From IMG/VR virus record IMGVR_UViG_2529292726_000015, positions 1 to 39,429 of that record: a stretch of 39,429 nt of DNA. One strand, given 5' to 3'. Both the position numbers and the translations under genes were made by a program. Numbering within the stretch: the first letter of the stretch is position 1; every line of letters starts with the position of its first letter. Shown in pieces: positions 1 to 8,657 of this stretch. Source of the DNA: a virus. Lineage: Duplodnaviria; Heunggongvirae; Uroviricota; Caudoviricetes. The notes beneath the pieces were generated by a model. It was given only the letters and a program-made list of their open reading frames with translations, was not told where the DNA came from and ran no database searches.

Positions 1-930
1 CAGTTCATGGAATGTTGGCGGGTCTCCATCAAATGAGAGTCCAGATGCATTTCTCGCCTTTGTAAAATACTTTGATACTGTTTTCGGGGAAAGCGGATCG
101 TGATGCTTTGATGCAATTATTGTTTCACTGCCGCTGGCCTTCCTGCATTTCTGTAGTGTATCAGCCAATGAGATATTGAGCGCGTCAATCCTTAGCGTCA
201 GCGGAATGGCGAGCTTAGCCCCTGTTTTACCCTGTTCAATGTGAAGATAGTTGTCGTTTATGTCTGACCATTTCATTCTGCACAAATCGCCGACTCTCTG
301 CCCTGTAACGACAGCCAAATCCATCGCCAGTCTTAGCCAGATTGGGAGAGGTTCGGCTGCATGGTAAATCTCGACATACTCATTAGCTGTCAGCCTTGAG
401 CGCCTTACTTCTGACTTTGCTGTGCGGGTTGCTGTTACCGGATTCGTTGCTACATGCCCCTCGGCTATTGCCTCACGAAAAACGTCAACAAGGGTTGACC
501 TGATTAATTTTGCGGAAGCCGCTTTACCTTCTGCTACGTAGGTGTTTAGCATTGCTGCCACCTCTTTCGTTGATATGTCAGCGAGCGGTTTGTCCGGCAA
601 TTTTCTTCGGATTGCCCTGATTTTGCTGGCGTAGTCGAGTAGAGTTTTCGGCCTGATACCCCTCTCGCTGAGGATTGTTTCATATCGGTCAAGCCACGCA
701 TGAAGAGTGACTACGTCAGCGCCTTTAATTCTGTCTATCAGTGACTCACGCCTGTTCTCGGATAGCAACTCAATATTGGCCTGAATAGCCTCTGAAACTG
801 CTATCCTTCTGTCTCTGCCTAATCCGAACTCTTTACCCGTCCTTGGGTCCCTGTAGCAGTAATATCCATTGTTTCTTATATAAAGGTTAGGGGGTAAATC
901 CCGGCGCTCATGACTTCGCCTTCTTCCCAT
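1..930 (-). CDS. int: Tyrosine integrase, lambda Int-like; C-terminus lies beyond window start
   Basis: Minus-strand ATG at 928-930; frame runs off the window; N-terminus reads MGRRRSHERRDLPPNLYIRNNGYY as recalled for lambda Int; overlaps xis as in lambda. Confidence 0.88.
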   Translation of the reverse strand, partial: MGRRRSHERRDLPPNLYIRNNGYYCYRDPRTGKEFGLGRDRRIAVSEAIQANIELLSENRRESLIDRIKGADVVTLHAWLDRYETILSERGIRPKTLLDYASKIRAIRRKLPDKPLADISTKEVAAMLNTYVAEGKAASAKLIRSTLVDVFREAIAEGHVATNPVTATRTAKSEVRRSRLTANEYVEIYHAAEPLPIWLRLAMDLAVVTGQRVGDLCRMKWSDINDNYLHIEQGKTGAKLAIPLTLRIDALNISLADTLQKCRKASGSETIIASKHHDPLSPKTVSKYFTKARNASGLSFDGDPPTFHEL

Positions 931-1126
931 TTCTGATCCTCTTCAAAAGGCTACCTGTTACTGGTCGATTTAAGTCAACCTTTACCGCTGATTCGTGGAA
1001 CAGATACTCTCTTCCATCCTTAACCGGAGGAGGGAATATCCTGCACTCGCGTACCCATCGACGAACTGTTTCAAGGCTTCTTGGGCGTCGCTGGCGTGCG
1101 TTCCACTCCTGGAGTGTCAAGTACAT
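908..1126 (-). CDS. xis: Excisionase
   Basis: 72 aa MYLTLQEWNARQRRPRSLETVRRWVRECRIFPPP... matches lambda Xis as recalled. Confidence 0.9.
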   Translation of the reverse strand: MYLTLQEWNARQRRPRSLETVRRWVRECRIFPPPVKDGREYLFHESAVKVDLNRPVTGSLLKRIRNGKKAKS

Positions 1127-1149
1127 CGCAAAGTCTCCGCAATTACACG

Positions 1150-1174
1150 CAATAAAAAACCGCCATCAGGCGGC
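1150..1174 (-). terminator. Rho-independent terminator (minus strand) upstream of xis
   Basis: Minus-strand stem CCGCC-TGAT-GGCGG followed by TTTTTTATT. Confidence 0.5.
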
Positions 1175-1345
1175 TTGGTGTTCTTTCAGTTCTTCAATTC
1201 GAATATTGGTTACGTCTGCATGTGCTATCTGCGCCCATATCATCCAGTGGTCATAGCAGTCGTTGATGTTCTCTGCTTCGATAACTCTGTTGAATGGCTC
1301 TCCATTCCATTAACCTGTGACTTTGAATTTCATTAAGTTTCACCT

Positions 1346-1369
1346 GTAAAAAAAGGAGCCGAAGCTCCT
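1346..1369 (-). terminator. Rho-independent terminator after antirepressor-like gene
   Basis: Minus-strand stem GGAGC-TTCG-GCTCC followed by a T7 run, directly after the stop at 1376. Confidence 0.6.
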
Positions 1370-1375
1370 TTGATA

Positions 1376-2029
1376 TTAAAATTCGAATTGTCTCGCCCGA
1401 AGGCTTTTTAACATTGGTCTTGCCCGTTCGAAAATGGCGCTTGTCTGGTCAATTCGTGTTGCCTCCCTGAGCAATGCGTCTCTGTTTTTCGTCACCGCGT
1501 AGAAAGTCTCAAACGCGATGTCATACAGCTTGCTCGCGTATGATGAGTTCAGTTCCTTCAATATCGGATACAGGCGTTTGCTGATGTCCTGTGCTTTCTC
1601 CATCTGTACCTGCATGTAGCAGAGGAGGATGATTTCCTCGTCTGTGAATTGCTGTGCTGGTTGCATGCTGCGAAGTTTCTTTTCGCACTCGATGAAGTAT
1701 CGGCGTATCTGGCGGCCTTTTTCGTTGTGCTCCACCATCGCCAGTTCTTTGGCTGTGTCGAGGGTGAGGTGGTAATCCTTGCGGTTGTGACCGCCTCTAC
1801 CAGATGTTTGCTTTCCCAAATTGGAAAGCAAAATATAGTCTTGATTTTCAATGAATTCGTATTCTGAAATGCGATTTGTAATCCATGCCGCAAACACCTT
1901 TTTCACGCCTAAAAAAGCATGCAGATCGCGGGCATTGCAGAGCAGGGCTGTTTCGTTGGCGATAGTGCCGTTGAATACGGGGATGAGTTGACTGGTCATG
2001 ATGACCTCCTTTGAAGTTTTAGTTAGCAA
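1376..2029 (-). CDS. Antirepressor-like protein (AntA/KilA-N-type N-terminal domain); true start may be the Met at 1999
   Basis: 217-aa ORF; N-terminal region LIPVFNGTI...NARDLHAFLGVKKVFAAWI resembles phage antirepressor N-domains (from memory). Confidence 0.45.
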   Translation of the reverse strand: MLTKTSKEVIMTSQLIPVFNGTIANETALLCNARDLHAFLGVKKVFAAWITNRISEYEFIENQDYILLSNLGKQTSGRGGHNRKDYHLTLDTAKELAMVEHNEKGRQIRRYFIECEKKLRSMQPAQQFTDEEIILLCYMQVQMEKAQDISKRLYPILKELNSSYASKLYDIAFETFYAVTKNRDALLREATRIDQTSAIFERARPMLKSLRARQFEF

Positions 2030-2354
2030 TCACCAGTTAGTGGCTGGTGATCGGGTGTCAACTAGAGCCTTCAAAGATGCTCCGGGCATATTCCCCTTGC
2101 GGGTATTGTATTACGCCTCTCCACCCGACCTTTGTACGGATGTGACTATGCCAAATTGCAGGCATAAAAAAGCCGCAAAGCTATCGGGTGCGGATGACCG
2201 CTTTGAAGTTCTAGTGCGGTCAGTATGCGATAGCTCTGGCGGATTTGTCAAATCATGTAGCCTTTATCCTGCTGTAAGCCGCGCCATTCGGGATTTTCCC
2301 CATATTTGGGGAAAACTATCTGCGAAGTATTCACCTTTGACGGCAAGTTGCAGG

Positions 2355-3308
2355 TTAGCCACGGTTTACCTCCTGCGGCGGTTTCGGTAGCGGCATCCAG
2401 TGAGTTGCTTGCTCAATACCATTACCCGGCTTAATCGTTACATCTCCGCGCCGAAAGGTGCTTCCGGTATAGCGTGCGGAGCATATTAGCGGTTCAACCA
2501 GAGAGCTATCGAAATTCACCGAAATAAGCACGTTCTGGCCCTTTTCAGGCATTCGCTCACTACAGCTTATCCAACCATCCGGAGTTACCGGAGAGTTGCC
2601 AGCCAGTCTACGCAAAACAGCCTTAACAGCCTCAATACGGTCATCATCGCAATTTTCCAGCGTATCTATGCGGTCGAGCATGATGATGGCGTTATCAATA
2701 TCAGGATTGCCAGTCCACTCATTACCGCGATTGGATTCGGCAGCCTGGTTACCAGATGCGGGTTGATTGTCGGCCTTCCCCAGCCTGTCGTCGCTGCATG
2801 AATGCCCTTCCAGCCAGGCCAATGCTTGTCGCATGAAATACGCAATATGCTTGCCGTGGTAATCGTCTTCATCGATGTGAAAAGCGATACTGCGGATATA
2901 TTCAATTGCGTTTTCAATGGCCTCCGGCGTTACCGGTGCTGACATATTTTGATTTTGGAGTGCCAAGACGCGGCTGGCATCCTCTACGCCTTTAACTGCA
3001 TCTGCGCAGTAGTTATAGCGATTGCATTCCACTAACTTCTGCTTGAGATTTTCAATTGATTGTGCGACATCAGCCTGCAATTCCGGAACTGGCGGAGTGG
3101 CATATAACGGCACCCACTTTGGTGCTTTATCCCCGACCGAACGCTGATACCAGTCACCCGGTTTGTATTCATAAAACTCACCAACAGGCTCTGCTTCCAG
3201 CGATGCCAGCGCAATTCGTGCCAGTTCCATTTGTTCGCCACGAGTAAGCCCGTTTTCAAGCGGATTTTTAATGAACAATTCAATACGTTCTTTGGTAATA
3301 GTGGTCAT
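2355..3308 (-). CDS. Hypothetical phage protein with DUF551-like C-terminus
   Basis: 317-aa ORF; C-terminal PDGWISCSERMPEKGQ...THWMPLPKPP resembles the DUF551 motif common in enterobacterial prophages. Confidence 0.6.
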   Translation of the reverse strand: MTTITKERIELFIKNPLENGLTRGEQMELARIALASLEAEPVGEFYEYKPGDWYQRSVGDKAPKWVPLYATPPVPELQADVAQSIENLKQKLVECNRYNYCADAVKGVEDASRVLALQNQNMSAPVTPEAIENAIEYIRSIAFHIDEDDYHGKHIAYFMRQALAWLEGHSCSDDRLGKADNQPASGNQAAESNRGNEWTGNPDIDNAIIMLDRIDTLENCDDDRIEAVKAVLRRLAGNSPVTPDGWISCSERMPEKGQNVLISVNFDSSLVEPLICSARYTGSTFRRGDVTIKPGNGIEQATHWMPLPKPPQEVNRG

Positions 3309-3318
3309 GTGTTACTCC

Positions 3319-3582
3319 TTAACCCGCAGTGCTTTCAACTGATGAGGGGAACAAAATCTTTTCATCAAACCCTGCATTCATATCATGGACAGCAACACAC
3401 CAATCCATCGACGAACGATTATCAAGAGCCTCCATGATTTCATCCATGCGGCGCAGGTCATACAGGTAAATGCTTTTATCGCCAATGGTGTAAAAACCAA
3501 TTTTTTTCGGTGATGGGCAGCGATCAAGAACGTCCTGTAATTCGTTCAACCATGCCCGTTCTTTTTTTGTTAAAGTTGCCAT
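3319..3582 (-). CDS. Hypothetical protein (87 aa)
   Basis: Internal ATG at 3582 preceded by AAGGAG at proper spacing; stop of upstream gene 1 nt before. Confidence 0.5.
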   Translation of the reverse strand: MATLTKKERAWLNELQDVLDRCPSPKKIGFYTIGDKSIYLYDLRRMDEIMEALDNRSSMDWCVAVHDMNAGFDEKILFPSSVESTAG

Positions 3583-3583
3583 A

Positions 3584-4027
3584 TCACTCTCCTTTGATGC
3601 GAATGCCTGTTGCAATGCTGTTTATGATGCTGTCAGTGCATGGGGTAGAAAGCTGGGCATCTCCAGCAATTTTCATGACCTCAACATCTGCATATCGAAT
3701 ACCGAGGTGTATCAGACCGGCTATGCCTGACTTAAGCCGAGCATTTTCCATAAATAGAACTTTTGCCCGCTGTTTTTCTGCTTCAAGCTCAACGCGCAGC
3801 TTCCCTACCGTTAGCGCAATATCCTCGTTCTCCTGGTCGCGGCGTTTTATGTATTGCTGGTTTCTTTCCCGTTCATCCAACAATGCCAGCGCGATATCTG
3901 GCGAAAAGTGCTTCATAAAATCGTTAAGCGCATTAATTCGCTGATCGAAAGGCATTACAGGTGCTTCACCAGCAATTTTTGTTTTTTCAGCGATTTCACG
4001 AAGCTTTTGATAGTCAATCTTGCTCAC
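3584..4027 (-). CDS. Ead/Ea22-like early protein (tentative)
   Basis: 147-aa ORF starting [15 protein letters not shown], coiled-coil rich; resembles Ea22-family N-termini by recollection. Confidence 0.4.
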   Translation of the reverse strand: MSKIDYQKLREIAEKTKIAGEAPVMPFDQRINALNDFMKHFSPDIALALLDERERNQQYIKRRDQENEDIALTVGKLRVELEAEKQRAKVLFMENARLKSGIAGLIHLGIRYADVEVMKIAGDAQLSTPCTDSIINSIATGIRIKGE

Positions 4028-4191
4028 TGGTTGCCTCCTTTGCGCAACATCGCATTCAGATATTTGTTTTGATTCACTGATGGAAAAGAATTTCTCTTAA
4101 GCAATTCCTCTCTCGATGGCATTGGCTTTACGCGTTGGCGAATAATCATTTCTGCCGGAAGAATGCCGGGATTGTATGCAAGTCCTCTCAT
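4024..4191 (-). CDS. Small hypothetical protein (55 aa); alternative starts at 4209 or 4341
   Basis: ATG at 4191 preceded by GAGGAA; the longer ORF-track frame overlaps abc2 out of frame. Confidence 0.3.
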   Translation of the reverse strand: MRGLAYNPGILPAEMIIRQRVKPMPSREELLKRNSFPSVNQNKYLNAMLRKGGNQ

Positions 4192-4201
4192 GGTAAATTC
4201 C

Positions 4202-4495
4202 TCAGTCATTACTGATAGCGCCATAGCGTGAGCGGTAATTACGCAGGCGCGGGTCAATTTCAGGGAAGTGGGTATATGTGGCTTTGCGGAATGGTCTGAT
4301 TGATGTCTGGTAAATTCGCTCTCGTTCTTCTTTCTCTGCAAGCCATATACAGTGGCGAAATTCCTTTTCCTCTTTCGTTTCCTGCGGTAGCGACATTATC
4401 CGGTCGTAGTTTTTCCTGAATTTATCCAGCACCTCCGATACGGAATTGCCGGAACAGCGGCGTGGGTCATCCGCACCATACAGAGGCGCTGGCAT
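4202..4495 (-). CDS. abc2: Anti-RecBCD protein Abc2-like
   Basis: 97 aa [31 protein letters not shown]... matches P22 Abc2 as recalled, and sits next to erf. Confidence 0.7.
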   Translation of the reverse strand: MPAPLYGADDPRRCSGNSVSEVLDKFRKNYDRIMSLPQETKEEKEFRHCIWLAEKEERERIYQTSIRPFRKATYTHFPEIDPRLRNYRSRYGAISND

Positions 4496-4518
4496 AATGG
4501 AATCCTTATGTTGCTAAT

Positions 4519-4902
4519 TTAGAAGGGAATTGAATCGTCGTATTCAGGATGATTTTGATGATTGCTACTTTGTTGCTGTTGGCTGTTTCCTGAAGTTGCA
4601 AATCCAATCTTTGCATTCAGTAATTCAAGAGTGATTGATTGACCATTTTGCCCCTGATAAACATCAACCCTGATGTTTTCTCCGGTAATTTCTACAATGC
4701 CACCTTCAACAAGAACACTACGGTAGTAATCCGCTTGCGCTCCCGGCTTGGCAAATACAACGGCACTGTAGTTTGTCCATTCTTTATTTTTTGTCTGGCG
4801 ATCGTAATACTGAACGCCAGCACGGATGTTGAATCCGATATTTTCCCCGGCCTGAAACTCTCTTGCGGGTTTGTTTAGCCTTACTGTAATCGAATGTGCC
4901 AT
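4519..4902 (-). CDS. ssb: Single-stranded DNA-binding protein (short phage SSB)
   Basis: Start at internal Met (MAHSITVRLNK); OB-fold-like; C-terminal acidic tip ...PEYDDSIPF as in SSB; TAATG overlap with erf stop. Confidence 0.75.
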   Translation of the reverse strand: MAHSITVRLNKPAREFQAGENIGFNIRAGVQYYDRQTKNKEWTNYSAVVFAKPGAQADYYRSVLVEGGIVEITGENIRVDVYQGQNGQSITLELLNAKIGFATSGNSQQQQSSNHQNHPEYDDSIPF

Positions 4903-5507
4903 TAAGCAGTTGCCCCTTCTAATTCGTCTCGTCTGATGTTGTAAACGTCCTGCGCTTTGTGCTGCTCCGGTGTGCCTTCGAGCATCTTCCACGCTTTGGC
5001 GAACGCCTGTTTAAGCTCTTCCACGGTGTTTTTCTGCAATGCTGCGTCAGTGAATGCTTTTAGAACCTGTTCAGGTGTAGGTGATGGTTTTGATTGCTTT
5101 GCTGCTGCGTTCTGCTGATGTTTATGTTCGTCGGTATCTGCATCTTTCGCATCATCAATGCCGAACAAACCATTGAGGCAATACTTGCGTGCATAAGAGC
5201 TTGTAGCTCCCGTAACTTGTGCAGAATCCATTCCTTTCTTGCTTTCTTCCTCTCGTGCAAGAGCGGTTGCCGTATGACTGTTTTCGCCATCGGTAATAGT
5301 TGCCGTGGCTTTCACATAATACCGATCACCAATCAACACAACTTCATCGCTGATTGATAAAAACAGGCCATTCAGTAACGGCTTAACGCCTTCAAGAATG
5401 TCTTCGCAGCTTCTGTATTTATATTTACCGAATGAGTTGTACTGATTCTTTGGCGCGTTCAGATTCTCCTGAATAGCTGCCAGTCTTGCGTAAAATTCTT
5501 TGCTCAT
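4902..5507 (-). CDS. erf: Essential recombination function protein Erf (single-strand annealing)
   Basis: MSKEFYARLAAIQENLNAPKNQYNSFGKYKYRSCEDILEGVKPLL... matches P22 Erf; the ORF-track start at 5537 is a TTG extension. Confidence 0.9.
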   Translation of the reverse strand: MSKEFYARLAAIQENLNAPKNQYNSFGKYKYRSCEDILEGVKPLLNGLFLSISDEVVLIGDRYYVKATATITDGENSHTATALAREEESKKGMDSAQVTGATSSYARKYCLNGLFGIDDAKDADTDEHKHQQNAAAKQSKPSPTPEQVLKAFTDAALQKNTVEELKQAFAKAWKMLEGTPEQHKAQDVYNIRRDELEGATA

Positions 5508-5596
5508 ATGATTGTTCTCAGAATGGACATGGCCCAAGGAAATAACGCTGATTTAATACTTCAGTCTTTGCCGCATTTAAAAATACGCGAACACCT

Positions 5597-5767
5597 TCAC
5601 GATCTCCCTTCTGGCGATACATTAACGCCTGCTGCGTGTACATGCGTCTCTGTAACTTGCTCTCCTTCACTGTGGTTGCAAGTGACATGAATATCTCCTT
5701 CGTTACCGATTAAATCTTTCATCTGACGAATGAATTCTTCGTCTGACCAGTTATTTGTAAAACTCAT
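5597..5767 (-). CDS. Small protein in the Arf position (56 aa), function uncertain
   Basis: ATG overlaps the kil stop (ATGA); position between kil and erf as for P22 arf; no sequence-level confirmation. Confidence 0.35.
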   Translation of the reverse strand: MSFTNNWSDEEFIRQMKDLIGNEGDIHVTCNHSEGEQVTETHVHAAGVNVSPEGRS

Positions 5768-5916
5768 TTCCTGCGATACCACGGAAGGTTGATAGCTGAT
5801 TTCATCGCTTTATTTGCTTCAAGCCACATTTTTGAATCACCAATAAATCGGGCTATTACTGCTTTGTTCTGTGCAGCACGAAGCATCTGGTGATTGATGG
5901 CTATTTCATTGCGCAT
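5764..5916 (-). CDS. kil: Kil-like host cell-division inhibitor (50 aa)
   Basis: Below ORF-track cutoff; MRNEIAINHQMLRAAQNKAVIARFIGDSKMWLEANKAMKSAI...; the FIGD-KM motif resembles lambda Kil (TFIGDEKMFREA). Confidence 0.55.
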   Translation of the reverse strand: MRNEIAINHQMLRAAQNKAVIARFIGDSKMWLEANKAMKSAINLPWYRRK

Positions 5917-6035
5917 AACGCCTCCAGTTGTTTCTTTGCTGCTCTGATTAATTGTTTAACTCGGCGTGATAATTCAGATTCGTGCGGGTAGAAAGCGGAC
6001 ATGACGCCGCTACCCGCGAGCTGAAAGTGCATCAT
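5901..6035 (-). CDS. cIII: cIII-like protease (FtsH) inhibitor (44 aa)
   Basis: Below ORF-track cutoff; MMHFQLAGSGVMSAFYPHESELSRRVKQLIRAAKKQLEALCAMK; the ESxLxRxxxxL amphipathic segment resembles lambda cIII; overlaps kil start. Confidence 0.55.
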   Translation of the reverse strand: MMHFQLAGSGVMSAFYPHESELSRRVKQLIRAAKKQLEALCAMK

Positions 6036-6110
6036 GGGTAACTCCTTATATTTGATTGCATAACGAAAACGCCTCAAGTGAAGCGTTATTGGTATGCGGT
6101 AAAGCCGCGC

Positions 6111-6479
6111 TCAGGCGGCTTTGATAGTCATATCATCTGAATCAAATATTCCTGATGTATCGATATCGGTAATTCTTATTCCTTCGCTACCATCCATTGG
6201 AGGCCATCCTTCCTGACCATTTCCATCATTCCAGTCGAACTCACACACAACACCATATGCATTTAAGTCGCTTGAAATTGCTATAAGCAGAGCATGTTGC
6301 GCCAGCATGATTAATACAGCATTTAATACAGAGCCGTGTTTATTGAGTCGGTATTCAGAGTCTGACCAGAAATTATTAATCTGGTGAAGTTTTTCCTCTG
6401 TCATTACGTCATGGTCGATTTCAATTTCTATTGATGCTTTCCAGTCGTAATCAATGATGTATTTTTTGATGTTTGACAT
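6111..6479 (-). CDS. Hypothetical PL-operon protein (122 aa)
   Basis: Intact ORF in the leftward early operon between N and cIII; no recognised family. Confidence 0.5.
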   Translation of the reverse strand: MSNIKKYIIDYDWKASIEIEIDHDVMTEEKLHQINNFWSDSEYRLNKHGSVLNAVLIMLAQHALLIAISSDLNAYGVVCEFDWNDGNGQEGWPPMDGSEGIRITDIDTSGIFDSDDMTIKAA

Positions 6480-6504
6480 CTATTCATATCCTCATAGATA
6501 AAAA

Positions 6505-6532
6505 ATCGCCCTCACACTGGAGGGCAAAGAAG
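6505..6532 (-). terminator. Rho-independent terminator (minus strand) within PL operon
   Basis: Minus-strand stem GCCCTC-CAGTGT-GAGGGC followed by GATTTTTTATC. Confidence 0.45.
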
Positions 6533-6629
6533 ATTTCCAATAATCAGAACAAGTCGGCTCCTGTTTAGTTACGAGCGACATTGCTCCGTGTATTCACTCG
6601 TTGGAATGAATACACAGTGCTTATTCGTA

Positions 6630-7100
6630 CTAATAAAACACCCAGTTTTCTGTTTCTTGGTTGTGTCCAAAGTTATATTCAATATCTGGTGTTGATGTAT
6701 CAATATCCTTCATCCCATCAACAAGAGTTGATACAACAGCCAAATCTTGTTTGATTCTCATTAAATGGTATTTCTTCCGGCGCAATAAACTCTCAATGGC
6801 AAGTTTCTTCGTTGGGAATGCAAAAGATCTTTCTGCATTTTTTGCTACTTTCTTAATTGCATATCTATTTCTCTTTTGTTTCCATTCCTGTAACCACTGA
6901 TTTGGTGCTGGTTTAAAATTAACAATCCAATGCGCAGGAACCAACCATGCATAATGCTCTGTCTGATGAAAAGCTATATATTGAAGTGCGAATATTTTGA
7001 TTCCATCTTCTTCAACTGTCGCCTGGAATCTCCAGAAAACAGGCATTCCATCATGTTCAGTTTCTGATTCAGGAAAAGGTACGCTCCATGATATTGTCAT
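6630..7100 (-). CDS. Hypothetical PL-operon protein (156 aa)
   Basis: Intact ORF immediately downstream of N; AT-rich; no recognised family. Confidence 0.5.
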   Translation of the reverse strand: MTISWSVPFPESETEHDGMPVFWRFQATVEEDGIKIFALQYIAFHQTEHYAWLVPAHWIVNFKPAPNQWLQEWKQKRNRYAIKKVAKNAERSFAFPTKKLAIESLLRRKKYHLMRIKQDLAVVSTLVDGMKDIDTSTPDIEYNFGHNQETENWVFY

Positions 7101-7108
7101 ATCTCACC

Positions 7109-7408
7109 TCAAATAAGTGGTTTGCTGCCTAATTTCATTTTCTGGCGACCAACACAAGTCACACCCATTTCACTGCGTGGCTTGCGGTAGTAAATACGAT
7201 TCTGTTTACTCTCGACTTCTTCTGTCTTCTTGCAGCGAAGGTTTCCGAGTGATGCTGCTTTATCTGCTCTGACGCAACCAGAGAGCTTTAGCGCAATTTT
7301 TCGCGCCAGTCGCTGCTCTTGCATTTCCTGTTCACGTTGAGCCTGTCTGCGTGCTCTGCGGCGATTTCTGGCGTTATCGTCAGCCAGATATGTAATGACT
7401 ACTGTCAT
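7109..7408 (-). CDS. N: Antitermination protein N
   Basis: Arg-rich motif DNARNRRRARRQAQ near the N-terminus; C-terminus YYRKPRSEMGVTCVGRQKMKLGSKPLI resembles lambda N (WYSKPGERGITCSGRQKIKGKSIPLI); first gene of PL operon. Confidence 0.8.
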   Translation of the reverse strand: MTVVITYLADDNARNRRRARRQAQREQEMQEQRLARKIALKLSGCVRADKAASLGNLRCKKTEEVESKQNRIYYRKPRSEMGVTCVGRQKMKLGSKPLI

Positions 7409-7719
7409 GTTGACCTCCGATGAAACAACTTTGGAATTTTTTTATTACAAAGTGGTTTCCTTCCCCGCCAATTAGACGGGGATGGAAGAGCATTTATGAG
7501 CCTTCATGGACTCTGCTCGATCAGTTCTATTTAATTAATCTCTCAATTGAATGTAAGTATTCACATAAATCCTCCTACCTCTTGTGCAGCTTTCTTGAAT
7601 ATGGTGGCGGCTGCATAACGCCTATGGAATTGACTTTGGCGGTGACGCGCCGGGTGCTTATCTTCCGGTTGCCGTCGTGCAGCTGCACTTCACGTCACCC
7701 CAAAGCCAACTACTCTTTG

Positions 7720-7762
7720 GTTCCCGCATTTCGGCGGGACAATCCCATCAATGTTAAAGAGC
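7720..7762 (-). promoter_or_regulatory. nutL (boxA + boxB hairpin)
   Basis: Minus strand reads GCTCTTTAACA (boxA-like) then GTCCCGCCGAAATGCGGGAA, near-identical to the plus-strand hairpin after cro. Confidence 0.6.
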
Positions 7763-7804
7763 CTGCCAATCTGTTCCGTTTGGCTACCAGCGTCCTGCTG
7801 ATGG

Positions 7805-7895
7805 CTTAAATTTAAGATCTCTTTAATTAATGGTCAAGAGTATTTTTGAAGAAAACTTAAATTTTCTTTCGTAACTTAAGTTTGGCTTTGATTTT
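7805..7895. promoter_or_regulatory. OL/PL operator-promoter region
   Basis: Repeated ATTTAAGA/CTTAA-type half-sites resembling P22 c2 operators, between the cI terminator and nutL. Confidence 0.5.
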
Positions 7896-7902
7896 TAAAG
7901 GA

Positions 7903-7930
7903 AATAAAAAAGGGGCGAATGCCCCCTTAT
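7903..7930 (-). terminator. Rho-independent terminator downstream of repressor gene
   Basis: Minus-strand stem AAGGGGGC-ATTC-GCCCCTT followed by a T7 run. Confidence 0.5.
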
Positions 7931-8577
7931 GGAAGGTTTGCTAGTTTTGCATCGACAACTACGCCGATGATTTTGCAGTTTCCGTTGATCTCGATCATCG
8001 GATATTGTGGGTTAAGTGGTTTTAGAAACTTCCTGCCTGCATCAATAACTAACTTCTTGAAAGTTGCCTCGTTTTCTCCTTCGAGCTTTGCAACTACCAG
8101 TTTCCCGTTACGCGGCTCTACTTCAGGATCGACGAGTATTATCATTCCTTCAGGGATACTGAGACCGGCCGGAGCCGTCATTGAGTCTCCCTTCACGTCC
8201 AACCAAAACGAATCTTCTGAACAGTCTACGGTTGTATCGTACCAGTTATCTATTGCACGCTTATGATATGGTTCTACAGCTTCCATCCAGCATCCTGCGC
8301 TCACCCAGCTAATCAGAGGGTATGACCCTCTTGGATCATGCCTACTGTGATAGGCAATGTTTGAAAGACTTTCCTCTCCTTTCATCAGATAGTCAGGGGA
8401 ACACTTCAACGCATTAGCCAGGGCGAGAAGATTCTCTCCATTTGGCTCTGTCTCAGAGCGTTCCCACTGAGATATGGCAACATTAGACACGCCGACCATC
8501 TTTCCAAGTGCGGCCTGCCTGATCTTGAGTTCTTTTCTCCGAGCGCGAATGCGCTCTCCCATCAATTGAGTTTTCAT
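7927..8577 (-). CDS. c2: Prophage repressor, P22 C2-type (HTH + LexA-like cleavage domain)
   Basis: 216 aa; MKTQLMGERIRARRKELKIRQAALGKMVGVSNVAISQWERSETEPNGENLLAL... near-identical to P22 C2 as recalled. Confidence 0.92.
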   Translation of the reverse strand: MKTQLMGERIRARRKELKIRQAALGKMVGVSNVAISQWERSETEPNGENLLALANALKCSPDYLMKGEESLSNIAYHSRHDPRGSYPLISWVSAGCWMEAVEPYHKRAIDNWYDTTVDCSEDSFWLDVKGDSMTAPAGLSIPEGMIILVDPEVEPRNGKLVVAKLEGENEATFKKLVIDAGRKFLKPLNPQYPMIEINGNCKIIGVVVDAKLANLP

Positions 8578-8657
8578 AGTTAAGACATCTTAAATAAACT
8601 TGACTTAAGATTCCTTTAGTGGATAATTTAAGTGTTCTTTAATTTCGGAGCGAGTCT
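8578..8657. promoter_or_regulatory. OR operators with divergent PRM/PR promoters
   Basis: Three roughly 18-bp partial palindromes (TAAGACATCTTAAAT, ACTTAAGATTCCTTTAGT, ATTTAAGTGTTCTTTAAT) between cI and cro. Confidence 0.7.

Noticed and set aside
995-1336. 113-aa plus-strand ORF
   Set aside because: Runs antisense across xis and the minus-strand terminators; no RBS; explained by the xis coding strand.
4902-5537. N-terminal extension of Erf (MGHVHSENNH...)
   Set aside because: The extension begins at a TTG; the P22 Erf N-terminus MSKEFYARL starts at the ATG at 5507.
7460-7490. GC-rich inverted repeat (CCCCGCC ... GGCGGGG-like) downstream of the N start
   Set aside because: Imperfect pairing and no T-run on either strand; not convincing as a terminator or nut element.
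7420-7809. 129-aa plus-strand ORF between N and the repressor gene
   Set aside because: Occupies the PL/nutL regulatory region and contains the nutL hairpin; no RBS; antisense to PL transcription.
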